Positions 29,948 through 40,158 of a DNA stretch of 64,000 nucleotides are shown here, piece by piece; position 1 is the stretch's first letter; every line of letters begins with the position of its first letter. The DNA comes from an uncultured Candidatus Saccharibacteria bacterium (GTDB lineage: Bacteria; Patescibacteriota; Doudnabacteria; UBA920). Made by a program: the position numbers and the translations under genes. The stretch lies in assembly GCA_964483665.1 (NCBI GenBank), contig CAZACP010000002.1, positions 33,171 through 97,170 on the forward strand, in the 5' to 3' direction. The notes under the pieces are model-generated. The model saw only the letters and a list, made by a program, of their open reading frames with translations, searched no databases and was not told where the DNA came from.

Positions 29948-31144
29948 ATGCTTGACTACATCGTATCCCGATTACAAAGAACTACTAATTCAACAGTTTT
30001 TATTCCTCAGGTAGATGGACTGAGATTCATTGCTATTTTCAGCGTTGTATTGCTGCATATAAACGGTTTTATAACAAATAAAGCGCCTTTTATTTTTGAT
30101 AAAAGTCCTCAAAGTTACGGTTGGTTTTATTATGTGTTAAGCGCAGGTTTTGGGGGACATAAGGCAGTCCTCTTGTTTTTTGTTATAAGCGGATTTATTT
30201 TAAGCTTGCCATTTGCCAAGTATTATTGGCAAGAAGGCAAACCCGTAAATTTAAAATCATATTTTCTACGCAGGCTGACAAGGTTAGAGCCTCCATATAT
30301 AGTAAATATGGTCACGGTTACATTTTTGCTAATATGGTTTGGTAACCCTGATTTTTTTCTAACTAATCCTAGGAGTTTAGAGTCTTTATTACCTAATTTA
30401 GCCGCGTCTTTGGCTTATGTTCACAATCTTGTATTTCCTAAAGGTTTTTCGGTTAACGCCGTTGCTTGGTCTCTGGAAATTGAAGTGCAATTTTATATTT
30501 TAATGCCATTGTTCGTACAAGTGCTGAGACTAGAAAAAAAACTTAGGCGTTTTTTTATTTGTATAGCAATTGTTGTATTGGTTTTTTTACAGCACGCATA
30601 TCCGACTGATCGGATTAGCTTGTTTAATTTCATACAATATTTTTTTCTCGGATTTTTGTTGGCAGACTTGTATTTAAACAAGATAAGACTAAATATTGGA
30701 AGTCTAGTGAGTTTTTTTGCGGGAATGGGTGTTTTGTTGTCCGAAATGTCCATAGTTGATATTTATTCAAATATTTATTTTGAATTTGTTTTTATTATTT
30801 TTCTTTTTATTTTTTGTTTTTTGGTTTTAACCGATGCTTTTTGGATCAGGATTTTTAGCTTGAAGCCTTTAACAGTAATAGGGGGTATGTGTTACTCAAT
30901 TTATTTATGGCATGATATTGTAATTTCTGCTGTAGGGAGATATACTATATATTTAAATATTTCATACTCGTATCCGATAGCTTTCTTCTGGCATTCAGTA
31001 ATACTTCTTTTGTCAGTGTTGTTTTTTTCCGCCCTAATGTTTCTATTTATTGAAAAACCTTGCATGGATAGACTCTGGCCGCATAAATTTTTTGAGTGGG
31101 CTAAAAAATTACCGCAACTTGTTGCTAAGTTTTATTTTAACTAG
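29948..31144 (+). CDS. Acyltransferase family 3 (O-acyl/acetyltransferase, membrane)
   Basis: The opening FIPQVDGLRFIAIFSVVLLH is typical of the family, and the protein has about 10 TM segments. Confidence 0.7.
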   Translation: MLDYIVSRLQRTTNSTVFIPQVDGLRFIAIFSVVLLHINGFITNKAPFIFDKSPQSYGWFYYVLSAGFGGHKAVLLFFVISGFILSLPFAKYYWQEGKPVNLKSYFLRRLTRLEPPYIVNMVTVTFLLIWFGNPDFFLTNPRSLESLLPNLAASLAYVHNLVFPKGFSVNAVAWSLEIEVQFYILMPLFVQVLRLEKKLRRFFICIAIVVLVFLQHAYPTDRISLFNFIQYFFLGFLLADLYLNKIRLNIGSLVSFFAGMGVLLSEMSIVDIYSNIYFEFVFIIFLFIFCFLVLTDAFWIRIFSLKPLTVIGGMCYSIYLWHDIVISAVGRYTIYLNISYSYPIAFFWHSVILLLSVLFFSALMFLFIEKPCMDRLWPHKFFEWAKKLPQLVAKFYFN

Positions 31145-31180
31145 TAAGCTATAATCAAATATATAATTTAAATAAAATTT

Positions 31181-31915
31181 ATGAAAGCTTTTATTTTGGC
31201 CGCCGGACTTGGTACCCGGCTTAGACCCTTAACTGAAAAACAGCCTAAAGTTATGGTCGAAGTGGGTGGACAAAAAATTTTAGAACGCACCATAGACCAA
31301 CTGCGCGCGGCAGGGGTAGATGAATTTATAATAAATACCCACTATTTTCCGGAAATAGTTCCAAACTATTTTGGCGATGGACATAAGTGGGGTGTAAAAA
31401 TTGAATATTCTCATGAACGTGATATTTTGGGTACTGCCGGTGGATTAAAAAAAGTTGAAGAGAGGTTTAGGAGTGAAAAAGAATTTTTAGTAGTCTATGG
31501 AGATAATGTTTTTGATTTAGATTTTTCCCCGTTTATTCAGAAACCTTTGGCCGGCAGTTGTATGCTAATGCTATATGATAGGAGTAAAAGTCCTAACAGC
31601 GAGGCTGTCGCGGGTCTGGTAGAGTTAGATGAAAATGGCTTAGTCAAATCTTTTTACGAGGGAGTGGAAAAAACGGAATTAATTTATGGTAATGGCGGAG
31701 TGTATAAATGCAGTCCCCAAATTTTTGAATTTATTCCACCTGCTCAGTTTTTTGATTTTGGCCGGCAGGTTTTTCCGGAAATGCTTAAGAGTGATGTAAA
31801 AATTGAAACATATATTATTTCTCCAAACGAGGCTTTGTTTGGGATAGATAATTTGGACTGTCTGGAAAAGGCAAATCAGTATTTTAATTCCAGAATGCAT
31901 GGACTGAGGGGTTAA
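31181..31915 (+). CDS. Sugar-phosphate nucleotidyltransferase
   Basis: The motif MKAFILAAGLGTRLRPLTEKQPKVMV is present. Confidence 0.65.
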   Translation: MKAFILAAGLGTRLRPLTEKQPKVMVEVGGQKILERTIDQLRAAGVDEFIINTHYFPEIVPNYFGDGHKWGVKIEYSHERDILGTAGGLKKVEERFRSEKEFLVVYGDNVFDLDFSPFIQKPLAGSCMLMLYDRSKSPNSEAVAGLVELDENGLVKSFYEGVEKTELIYGNGGVYKCSPQIFEFIPPAQFFDFGRQVFPEMLKSDVKIETYIISPNEALFGIDNLDCLEKANQYFNSRMHGLRG

Positions 31916-31916
31916 T

Positions 31917-32657
31917 ATGCCTAAAATTTCCGTTAATATTTTAACCAAAAACCGGAAAGATCAATTGCAAAAAGCCATTGAGTCTGTTTTGAAGCAATCT
32001 TTTAAGGACTATGAAATAATTGTGGTAAATGACGGATCAACTGATAAAACAGAGGAAATAATATTGAGGTATAAGGATATTAAGGTATTGAGGCACGAAA
32101 CATCGGTTGGAATAACCCAAAGCAGGCAGGAAGCATTAGAAGCATCGCAAGGAGAATATATTGCAATTTTGGACGACGATGACGAATGGATTGATACCGA
32201 TAAGTTAAAAAAGCAGGTAGAGTTTTTAGACAAACACAATGACTATGTTTTGGTGGGAGGAGGAGTTAGAATATCAAATATCAATCCGCCAGCTGGCGGA
32301 CAAATATCAAAATTCAGACCTAAGACAGACAGCCAGATTCGGAACTGGATGCTTTTAAAAAATCCATTTTTTACTTCAACTGTAATGTTTAGAAAATCCG
32401 CTGCTTTTAAAGCTGGAGGTTTTAAAAAAGACCAAATAGATTTAGGAGAAGACTATGACCTTTGGCTCAGAATGGGACTCTTAGGCAAACTGCATAATTT
32501 TCAGGAAGTCTTTACCTTGTACCGCGAATCCAGCTATAATAAAGCTAAATTTAAGCTATTTTTAAAAAAGCAGCTTAAATTAATAACTGCTTTTAAAAGT
32601 AATTACCCCTTTTTTTGGTTAAGTAATATAATTTTAAGGCTTAGGTTAATGTTATGA
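31917..32657 (+). CDS. Glycosyltransferase family 2
   Basis: The motif ISVNILTKNRKDQL...IIVVNDGSTD is present. Confidence 0.65.
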   Translation: MPKISVNILTKNRKDQLQKAIESVLKQSFKDYEIIVVNDGSTDKTEEIILRYKDIKVLRHETSVGITQSRQEALEASQGEYIAILDDDDEWIDTDKLKKQVEFLDKHNDYVLVGGGVRISNINPPAGGQISKFRPKTDSQIRNWMLLKNPFFTSTVMFRKSAAFKAGGFKKDQIDLGEDYDLWLRMGLLGKLHNFQEVFTLYRESSYNKAKFKLFLKKQLKLITAFKSNYPFFWLSNIILRLRLML

Positions 32658-33958
32658 GAAAGTCCAGTTCGCTTTGGTTGTTAATTATTCCCGACGTAAT
32701 TCTGTTTTACGCGTCTTTGTATTTGGCAATTTTAATACGTTACCCCGATAGTTATAACAATATAAACTGGCAAGCTCATTTTACGCCTTTTAGTTTTTTG
32801 TTTGCTGTTTGGATTTTGGTATTTTTTATATACGGCTTGTTTGATATTTCTTCTTTGCGCCGGTATAGCGGCTTGGTTATAAAACTAACCGGAGCAACAC
32901 TAATAAATTTGTTGGCAGCGATTATTTATTTTTATTTTCAGCCCAATTTGATTTTAACCCCAAGGCGTTTTTTGCTTATAGACATAGCTGTAAGCTTTTT
33001 GTTAATTTCAGCCTGGCATTTGCTAGCCAAATATTTTTTAAAGAACCGCTTTTACGAAAATTTATATTTATTTTCTTTTGACACAGAATTAAACGACTTA
33101 GAAAGAGAAATCAAGCATCACAGCTATTTAGGCTATAAGGTCTTGGGGCACTTAAACCCCGGCCAACTTTCTTTGCAGTCAATTCATAATAACGCAAGCA
33201 TTGTTTTACCCGACAATTTGCATAGCCGCCCCGAAGTTTTGCAGCAGTTTTATACTTTGAGAAAAAACGGCGTTGCTTTTTACAATTACCGCTCGTTTTA
33301 TGAAAATCTTTTAAGGCGGGTTTATTTGGCGGAAATAAACGAGCTTTGGTTTTTAGAAAATATTAATTATAAAGAAAAACGTTTTTATAATTTTGTTAAG
33401 CGTTTTTTGGACATAATTTTCGGATTTTTGGGTACTTTGATTTTTTTAATTACATTTCCGTTAATCGCCCTGTTAATTATGCTCAGTTCAAAAGGCCCAA
33501 TTTTGTTTATTCAGCAAAGGGTGGGTAAAAACGGCAAAATATTTAAGGTTTATAAGTATAGGACAATGAAAACCGATACCGCGGCCAATACTTGGACTTC
33601 GGTAAACGACCCCAGAGTCACGTTTGTCGGTAAATTTTTGAGAAAAAGCCGCATAGATGAGTGGCCTCAATTTGTAAATTTGTTAATTGGCAATATGAGC
33701 CTGGTGGGTCCGCGTCCGGAACAGCCCAATATAGTTGAAGATTTGCGAAAAATTATACCTTTCTACGACGAAAGGCATTTGGTAAAGCCAGGCATAACCG
33801 GCTGGGCGCAAATTAACAACATTTACGCCGGCAGCGAGGAGGAGACCAAGCTTAAACTTCAGTTCGACTTATACTACGTAAAACATAAAAGCGTATTTTT
33901 TGACTTGGAAATTATATTAAAAACAATTTATTATATTTTCACCTGGCAGGGTAGGTAA
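32654..33958 (+). CDS. Polyprenyl-phosphate glycosyl-1-phosphate transferase (bacterial sugar transferase, WbaP/WcaJ type), initiating enzyme
   Basis: An N-terminal TM block is present. The C-terminal catalytic domain carries KFRTM-like YKYRTMK and the SLVGPRPE motif. Confidence 0.8.
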   Translation: MRKSSSLWLLIIPDVILFYASLYLAILIRYPDSYNNINWQAHFTPFSFLFAVWILVFFIYGLFDISSLRRYSGLVIKLTGATLINLLAAIIYFYFQPNLILTPRRFLLIDIAVSFLLISAWHLLAKYFLKNRFYENLYLFSFDTELNDLEREIKHHSYLGYKVLGHLNPGQLSLQSIHNNASIVLPDNLHSRPEVLQQFYTLRKNGVAFYNYRSFYENLLRRVYLAEINELWFLENINYKEKRFYNFVKRFLDIIFGFLGTLIFLITFPLIALLIMLSSKGPILFIQQRVGKNGKIFKVYKYRTMKTDTAANTWTSVNDPRVTFVGKFLRKSRIDEWPQFVNLLIGNMSLVGPRPEQPNIVEDLRKIIPFYDERHLVKPGITGWAQINNIYAGSEEETKLKLQFDLYYVKHKSVFFDLEIILKTIYYIFTWQGR

Positions 33959-34074
33959 TTTTTGTTGACATTGTTTTTGAAGATCGCACTTTGCGATTTT
34001 TTGTTTTTCTGTTATAATAAATAAGTCAATTTATCCACAAAGAAACAAAATTCCTAATATCAAGACGTTAAAAA

Positions 34075-35832
34075 ATGGATATCAAACAGCTTAATGCTGC
34101 TTTAAAAGAAAAGCGGATATTAAACGAGGAAAAAATAAAAGCCCTGGAAAAAGACAGGCTTTCTTCCAAGAACCCAAGCGCTTGGGAAGATTTTTTAGTG
34201 GAAAAAAAGCTTTTGTTAGAGGAAGATTTGCTAAAAATAAAGGCGGAAATACTTAGCGTGCCGGTGGTGGATTTAAAAAATACCCAAATTTCTCAAGATG
34301 TTTTAAATTTAGTGCCAGAGCCTATTGCTCACAGGCATAAAGTTATAAGTTTTGCTAAAACCAAAGAAGGACTTTCTTTGGCAATGGTAGACCCCGACGA
34401 CATTCAAACCAGGGATTTTATACAAAAAAAGACAGGCCTTAAAATTCAAACTTTTTTAATTGGCAAAACTAGCTTAGACTCCGGGCTTTCTAAGTATCAC
34501 TCAAGTTTGGAAAAAGAAATTAAGCATTTGTTTACCCCGGAAGGCAAGTCCTTAACCGAAGGCGCTAAAGCCGAAGGGGAGAGCGCGGACGACGGCCTTA
34601 AGAAAATGGCCGAAGAGATTCCCGTTATACGCGTGGTAGACACTTTGCTTGAATACGCTGTATTTGAAAAAGCTTCCGACATTCATATTGAGCCGCAGGA
34701 AAGCGCGGTCACGGTTAGGTACCGTATAGACGGCGTGCTGCACGACGTTATGACTTTGCCTAAGGTAATTCAGGCGGCTATTGTTGCCCGCGTGAAGGTT
34801 TTGTCTAACTTAAAAATAGACGAACACAGGCTGCCTCAGGACGGCAGGTTTAAAATTGAAAAAGAAGGCTATAAGTTCAGTTTGCGCGTTTCTACCATAC
34901 CTATTTTTGACGGGGAAAAAGTAGTTATACGTCTTTTGGACGAATCTGCCAAAGCTCAGAGCCTGGAAGATTTGGGTTTTGAAAAATCTGCTTACGAAGC
35001 TATTTCTAGGAATGTAAAAAAGCCCCACGGCATGCTTTTAATTACCGGACCTACGGGAAGCGGCAAATCTACCACGCTTTATACCTTGCTTTCAATGCTA
35101 AATACTAAGTCTGTAAATATTTCAACCATTGAAGACCCTGTCGAATATCGAATTTCCGGCACCAACCAAATGCAGGTAAACCCGAAAATCGGCTTAACTT
35201 TTGCCATGGGTTTGCGTTCGCTTTTAAGGCAAGATCCTAACATAATTATGATTGGTGAAATCCGCGACAAAGAAACCGCGGAAGAAGCGGTGCACGCGGC
35301 AATGACCGGCCACGTTGTGTTTTCCACGCTTCATACCAATACCGCTGCCGGAGCTTTGCCCAGGCTTTTAGATATTGGAGTCGAAGCTTACCTTATTGCC
35401 TCCACCGTAAATGCCGTACTTGCTCAGCGTTTGGTTAGAGTAGTCTGCAAAGACTGCAAGACCAAGTATGAGTTAGACGACGCCATGATAGACAGTCTTT
35501 CCAAAATTTTTCATTTAGACAAATTAATGCCCGTGCTTACCAGGGAAGGGGTTGTTCCGGCAAAAGCAAAAAGCATAAAAGACCTGACTTTTTATAAAGG
35601 CGCGGGCTGCGACAAATGCAATAACAGCGGCTATAAAGGCCGTATGGGCATACACGAAATTTTGGAGGTTACTCCAGAAGTGGCCGACTTAATTATGCAG
35701 CACAAGAGCGCGCAGGAAATACAGGACGAAGCCGAAAAGCACGGCATGGTTTTAATGTGGGAGGACGGTTTTATAAAAGCCTTAAAGGGCATAACCACAG
35801 TTGACGAAATACTTAGAGTGAGCAAGGAATAA
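34075..35832 (+). CDS. pilB: Type IV pilus assembly ATPase PilB (GspE family)
   Basis: The Walker A motif GPTGSGKSTT is present, along with the tetracysteine CKDC...CDKC and an N-terminal GspE-N domain. Confidence 0.85.
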   Translation: MDIKQLNAALKEKRILNEEKIKALEKDRLSSKNPSAWEDFLVEKKLLLEEDLLKIKAEILSVPVVDLKNTQISQDVLNLVPEPIAHRHKVISFAKTKEGLSLAMVDPDDIQTRDFIQKKTGLKIQTFLIGKTSLDSGLSKYHSSLEKEIKHLFTPEGKSLTEGAKAEGESADDGLKKMAEEIPVIRVVDTLLEYAVFEKASDIHIEPQESAVTVRYRIDGVLHDVMTLPKVIQAAIVARVKVLSNLKIDEHRLPQDGRFKIEKEGYKFSLRVSTIPIFDGEKVVIRLLDESAKAQSLEDLGFEKSAYEAISRNVKKPHGMLLITGPTGSGKSTTLYTLLSMLNTKSVNISTIEDPVEYRISGTNQMQVNPKIGLTFAMGLRSLLRQDPNIIMIGEIRDKETAEEAVHAAMTGHVVFSTLHTNTAAGALPRLLDIGVEAYLIASTVNAVLAQRLVRVVCKDCKTKYELDDAMIDSLSKIFHLDKLMPVLTREGVVPAKAKSIKDLTFYKGAGCDKCNNSGYKGRMGIHEILEVTPEVADLIMQHKSAQEIQDEAEKHGMVLMWEDGFIKALKGITTVDEILRVSKE

Positions 35833-35942
35833 ATAAAATGACAAAAACGACGAAAATGAGCAAAAATGACAAAAATAGACTGCAATCTGCAGCAATATTT
35901 TTGTCATTTTTTTAATTTTTGTTCATTTTTGTCATTTAACCT
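35833..35942. promoter_or_regulatory. Highly palindromic intergenic element between pilB and pilC
   Basis: aaatgacaaaaa ... ctgcaatctgcag ... tttttgtcattt. The near-perfect dyad symmetry spans about 90 nt. Confidence 0.5.
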
Positions 35943-37154
35943 ATGGAATTCTCCTACGAAGCCATTGCAAAAGACGGGCACAGGGAAACTGCTACCATAA
36001 CGGCGGCTGACTCTGCCGCAGCCGGACATATGCTAAAAGAGCAGGGGCTTATACCAGTGGAAATAAAAGAAAAAGGCGCGGGCAATAATATTCTCGATAC
36101 GTTAAGAAAGTTTTCTACTATTTCTTTGGCGGAAAAAATCGGCTTTGTTGAAAATTTGCATATTATGTATAAAGCCGGCATTGCCTTGCCAAGAGCTTTG
36201 CAGATTTTGGTCAAGCAAAGTAAAAATTTAAGGTTTAAATTGGTTTTAACCGACATTTATAACCAAGTTCAATCGGGTAAATATTTGTCTGAAGCCTTGG
36301 AATCTCATTCTGAAGTTTTTTCCAATATTTTTTTAAGCATGGTAAGAGTGGGGGAAATGTCCGGCAGTTTAGAAAAGAGTCTTGAATATTTAAGCATTCA
36401 GCTTAAAAGAGAAGCGGATCTTAAAAGCAAAACCAAAGGCGCAATGATATATCCTTCGGTTATAGTCGGCGCCATGCTAATAATCGGCGTATTAATGTCA
36501 ATTTTTGTTTTGCCAAAATTGACTTCTGTTTTTAAGGATTTTAGCACTGATCTGCCTTTTGCCACGGTTATGGTTATAAAATTTGCGGACTTTATGCAAG
36601 GTAATGCGGTTTTGGTTATTGGCATGATGGTAGCTATAGTTGTTGCCTTTGTGTATTTGCTTAAAACGTATGTGGGAAAAAAATATTTTGGGTTTTTAAT
36701 TCTTCATACTTTAGTCATTGGGGAAATAGTCAGAAAAGTCAATTTAGCCCGTTTTGCCCGCATATTAAGCTCGCTTTTAAAAAGCAGCGTGAATATGGTT
36801 CAGGCGCTGCAGGTTACCTCGGAATCTTTGGGAAATGTGGCTTACCGCGAAATTGTTGCTCAATCGGCTGAGACTGTAAAACTCGGGAAAAATTTAACCG
36901 AAAGCCTGAGCAAAGAGCCTAATTTATTTCCTATTTTGGTGGTGCAAATGCTGCAGGTGGGGGAGGAGAGCGGAACCATAGAAGAAATGCTAAACCAGTT
37001 GGCTGAACACTATGAAGACGAGGTGGATACCACTCTAAAAAACCTGTCTTCCATAATAGAACCTTTGCTGCTTTTGGTTATTGGCGGAGTGGTTGGGCTG
37101 CTTGCCATGGCATTAATTATGCCAATTTATAATATTGGTGCTAATATAAAGTAA
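35943..37154 (+). CDS. pilC: Type IV pilus inner-membrane platform protein PilC (GspF family)
   Basis: It has the two-repeat GspF architecture and 3 TM segments. Confidence 0.8.
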   Translation: MEFSYEAIAKDGHRETATITAADSAAAGHMLKEQGLIPVEIKEKGAGNNILDTLRKFSTISLAEKIGFVENLHIMYKAGIALPRALQILVKQSKNLRFKLVLTDIYNQVQSGKYLSEALESHSEVFSNIFLSMVRVGEMSGSLEKSLEYLSIQLKREADLKSKTKGAMIYPSVIVGAMLIIGVLMSIFVLPKLTSVFKDFSTDLPFATVMVIKFADFMQGNAVLVIGMMVAIVVAFVYLLKTYVGKKYFGFLILHTLVIGEIVRKVNLARFARILSSLLKSSVNMVQALQVTSESLGNVAYREIVAQSAETVKLGKNLTESLSKEPNLFPILVVQMLQVGEESGTIEEMLNQLAEHYEDEVDTTLKNLSSIIEPLLLLVIGGVVGLLAMALIMPIYNIGANIK

Positions 37155-37178
37155 TACTACAGAGCTGTTGTTTTTCCG

Positions 37179-37295
37179 CACTACAGATGCCTACAGAAAT
37201 AAATTTATACATAAACCAAGCAATATAATTTTAAGAAATAAATATTATTAACTTCTTTAACTTTTAAATAGTAATTCTGTAGGCATTTGTAGTTT
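37179..37295. repeat. Inverted-repeat pair CTACAGATGCCTACAGAA / TTCTGTAGGCATTTGTAG flanking a 76-bp AT-rich core (copy A)
   Basis: Seen directly. The arms lie at 37179-37198 and 37275-37295. Confidence 0.7.
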
Positions 37296-37318
37296 ATCTT
37301 ATTCGTAGCTCAGTAGTT

Positions 37319-38371
37319 ATGTTTAATTTTTCTAAAACTTTAAGTTCCATAGGCCTGGACATAAGCTCGGGCAGCATCAAGCTAATGCAGGTAAAAAAAG
37401 ACGGCAAAAATTTTGTTGTTAAAGCTTTTTCCCGCGCTTCTTTGCCTAAAGGCGCTGTAATTAACGACCTTGTGGCAGACCAAAAAACTTTTGGTTTTTT
37501 AATTAAGCAGGCTCTAGACAAGCCGCAGTTTGGCAGGTTTGATACCCAATATGTAACAGTTTCTTTACCCGAGGCTAAATCTTTTATTCGGGTAATACAA
37601 ATACCTAAAATGTCCGACCTGGAAAGCGAATCGGCTGTGCCTTACGAAGCGGAGAGCTTTATACCTATGCCTATTGACCAGGTCTATTTGGACTGGCAAA
37701 AGGTAGGCGAGACTTCGGAAAAAAACAACATATTAATTATTGCTAGCCCGAAAGAGTATGTTGAAAAATATTTGGAACTAATTGACTTAAGCGGTCTTAA
37801 GCCGACAGCGCTTGAGGCTGAATCGCAAAGTTTGTGCAGAAGCCTAATTGGTTGGAAGTCGGAGGAGACCTCGTTTATTGCCGATATAGACGCAAGTCGG
37901 AGCAATTTGGTTATGATAGAAGCGGGAAATTTGCAGTTTTCTTCTACTGTGCCTATAGCCGGGGGAGCCTTTACCGAGAGCTTGGCTCGGTCTTTGGGCG
38001 TTGCTTCGGCAAAAGCCGAAGAAATAAAAAAGAAAGTCGGGCTTTTAAACACCGCCGAGTACCCGAACATTAAAATTTCTTTAGCGCCGATTTTAAATAA
38101 TTTAACTGCCGAAATTAAAAATGTTTTAAAATTTCACTCGGAAAGGTCTGAAAAACCGGTTGAAAAAGTTATATTGGCCGGAGGCGGCGCAAAGTTAAAG
38201 GGGATGATAGATTTAATGCAGAATGATTTTGCTTCGGAAGGCAATATTAAAGTGGAACTTGGTAATCCGTGGAGGAATTTAAGCGAACTTAAATCCCCGC
38301 CAATTTTTGGCGAGGAGGCCTTAAGCTGGAGCACGGCGATTGGCCTTGCTATAAGAAATTATGAAGAGTAG
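37319..38371 (+). CDS. pilM: Type IV pilus assembly protein PilM (actin-like ATPase fold)
   Basis: The motif SIGLDISSGSIKLMQV is present and the protein is 350 aa. Confidence 0.7.
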   Translation: MFNFSKTLSSIGLDISSGSIKLMQVKKDGKNFVVKAFSRASLPKGAVINDLVADQKTFGFLIKQALDKPQFGRFDTQYVTVSLPEAKSFIRVIQIPKMSDLESESAVPYEAESFIPMPIDQVYLDWQKVGETSEKNNILIIASPKEYVEKYLELIDLSGLKPTALEAESQSLCRSLIGWKSEETSFIADIDASRSNLVMIEAGNLQFSSTVPIAGGAFTESLARSLGVASAKAEEIKKKVGLLNTAEYPNIKISLAPILNNLTAEIKNVLKFHSERSEKPVEKVILAGGGAKLKGMIDLMQNDFASEGNIKVELGNPWRNLSELKSPPIFGEEALSWSTAIGLAIRNYEE

Positions 38372-38396
38372 TCTACAGAATCATTAAGCATATTGC

Positions 38397-38514
38397 ACCA
38401 CAGATGCCTACAGAATCTAACTAATAAAATTTTCTTTATGTTAATATCTTTAGTAATAAAAATATTAAATTTATTCCATATAAAAATATAAAAAATCTGT
38501 AGGTATCTGTAGTG
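38397..38514. repeat. Inverted-repeat pair CCACAGATGCCTACAGAATC / AATCTGTAGGTATCTGTAG flanking a 75-bp AT-rich core (copy B)
   Basis: Seen directly. It has the same length class (118 bp) as copy A. Confidence 0.7.
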
Positions 38515-38541
38515 TTTTTAATCCGTAGTTTATGTAGTTTT

Positions 38542-39093
38542 ATGAAATTAATTAACCTGTTACCAAAAACCAGACAAGAGGAGCTGCGCTACGAGCGAGT
38601 TTTGCAGCGTTTTTTGAAAATCTTTTGGTTTTCATTGAGTAGCTTTATAGTTGTTATAGGCCTTCAGCTTGGGGCAAAAATTTATTTGCAGGGTCAAGCT
38701 GTGCGGGTTTCCGCTGAAATTCAGAATTTAAAAAATCAGGTTAGCAAGAGCGAAAACGAGCAGATAAAAAAGAAAATAACCGCTCTAAATAATTACATTG
38801 CGGATTATAAGAATCTATCCACTGTGCCTAAATGGTCCAAAGCACTGCTGGCTTTTTCTGCTTTGCCCCCTGAAGAAGTTGCTATTACTTCGCTCAATTT
38901 AGACGTAAAAACTAAGACAGTTAAAATACTTGGTTTTGCGCCGACCAGAGAAAAAGTTATAGAGTTTTATAACAGTATTAAAGCCGATGAGAAGGAATTT
39001 ACCGGGGTAGACTACCCGTTAGAGAACGTGGCTAAGCCCACGGACAACAATTTTCATTTTACTTTTTTTATTAAAGACGAGTTAATTCAATAG
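38542..39093 (+). CDS. pilN: PilN-like pilus assembly protein (single N-terminal TM)
   Basis: MKLINLLPK is a typical PilN start, followed by one TM segment and a coiled coil. The internal ATG was preferred over the track start 38512. Confidence 0.5.
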   Translation: MKLINLLPKTRQEELRYERVLQRFLKIFWFSLSSFIVVIGLQLGAKIYLQGQAVRVSAEIQNLKNQVSKSENEQIKKKITALNNYIADYKNLSTVPKWSKALLAFSALPPEEVAITSLNLDVKTKTVKILGFAPTREKVIEFYNSIKADEKEFTGVDYPLENVAKPTDNNFHFTFFIKDELIQ

Positions 39094-39095
39094 GC

Positions 39096-39165
39096 TACGA
39101 AAGTACTAAACATACGAAAATACTAAATCAAACTTTCGTACTTTAGTAAATTTTCGTACTTTAGC
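39096..39165. repeat. Clustered short repeats upstream of the pilO-like gene
   Basis: tacgaaa[g/a]tactaaa occurs twice at 39096-39127. tttcgtactttag occurs twice at 39134-39165. Both sets share a GTAC core. Confidence 0.6.
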
Positions 39166-39173
39166 AGCCATTT

Positions 39174-39728
39174 ATGAAGCCAATGTCAGCGAAAAATAAA
39201 ATAGTTATTGCCGTAGTTTTGTGGCTGGTGGTTTCGGCTGCCATGATTATGTATGGCTTTAATATATTTTCGGGCAGCAATCAGAAAATGCTTTTTCAAA
39301 TCCAGGAGTCTAAAAAAGAACTTGCTGCTTTGCAGGAAGAAAAAAACAGTTACACGCAGGCCCAAAAAGACCTGGAACAGATGCAAAAAAAAGACATTCA
39401 GCCCTCAGATTTTTTTAGTAAAGATATTACTTTGGTCGAAGAACTGAAAATTTTAGAAGATTTGCAGGAAAGCTTACAAATTAAACTCACGGTTTCGGGA
39501 GTTAGCGGCACTGCCGGAACTGCCCCAAAAGCAAAAACTCAAAGCGACATTGTGGTTGTGCCCTATGCAATTTCTGCTTCGGGTCCGTTTGAAAATATTT
39601 TAAAATTGGTTCAGACTTTGGAGAATTTGCCCTTTATAACCAACATCGGTTCTTTGGCAGTGAGCACGGGTGAAAAGGGAAGTGTAAATTTTTCCACCAG
39701 CGCAAATTTCTATTTAAGAAGAAACTAA
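39174..39728 (+). CDS. PilO-like pilus assembly protein (N-terminal TM, coiled coil)
   Basis: Topology and operon position support the call. There is no strong motif. Confidence 0.4.
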   Translation: MKPMSAKNKIVIAVVLWLVVSAAMIMYGFNIFSGSNQKMLFQIQESKKELAALQEEKNSYTQAQKDLEQMQKKDIQPSDFFSKDITLVEELKILEDLQESLQIKLTVSGVSGTAGTAPKAKTQSDIVVVPYAISASGPFENILKLVQTLENLPFITNIGSLAVSTGEKGSVNFSTSANFYLRRN

Positions 39729-39750
39729 AATAATTTACCAACTACGAATC

Positions 39751-39818
39751 TGTACTAATATACTAATTTGTCACAACTTAATTAAATTATTAGTTACGGG
39801 TATTAGTATATTAGTATC
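39751..39818. repeat. 16-bp inverted repeat tactaatatactaat flanking a 30-bp spacer
   Basis: Arms tgtactaatatactaattt (39751-39769) and gtattagtatattagtatc (39800-39818). Confidence 0.6.
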
Positions 39819-39838
39819 AATTAGTATTTAGTAAAGAT

Positions 39839-40135
39839 ATGTCTAATATTTCTATAGGTATAAAAAATTTTACGGCCAAAATATTGTCTATAAAAAATAA
39901 TTTTTCAATATTTTTTTACATTGGTTTGGCCATACTACTTTTTTTTGAATTTTTAGTTTTGCAAGATTTGCTGAAAGTTATTCTTGAATCCGCCAAGGAC
40001 CAGTTACCCAGCCATTCGGTGCAGAGAGTAAGAATTAATTTTGCCGATTACGATCAAAATTTAAAAAAAGTTGAAGACGCCCAGAATTTTGAGGCAGACA
40101 TAAGTCCGCCCCAAAACCCTTTTAAGAGCAAATAA
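39839..40135 (+). CDS. Small membrane protein, last gene of the pilus operon (hypothetical)
   Basis: 98 aa with one TM segment. Confidence 0.3.
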   Translation: MSNISIGIKNFTAKILSIKNNFSIFFYIGLAILLFFEFLVLQDLLKVILESAKDQLPSHSVQRVRINFADYDQNLKKVEDAQNFEADISPPQNPFKSK

Positions 40136-40158
40136 AGCTACAGAATGTACAGTTAAAT

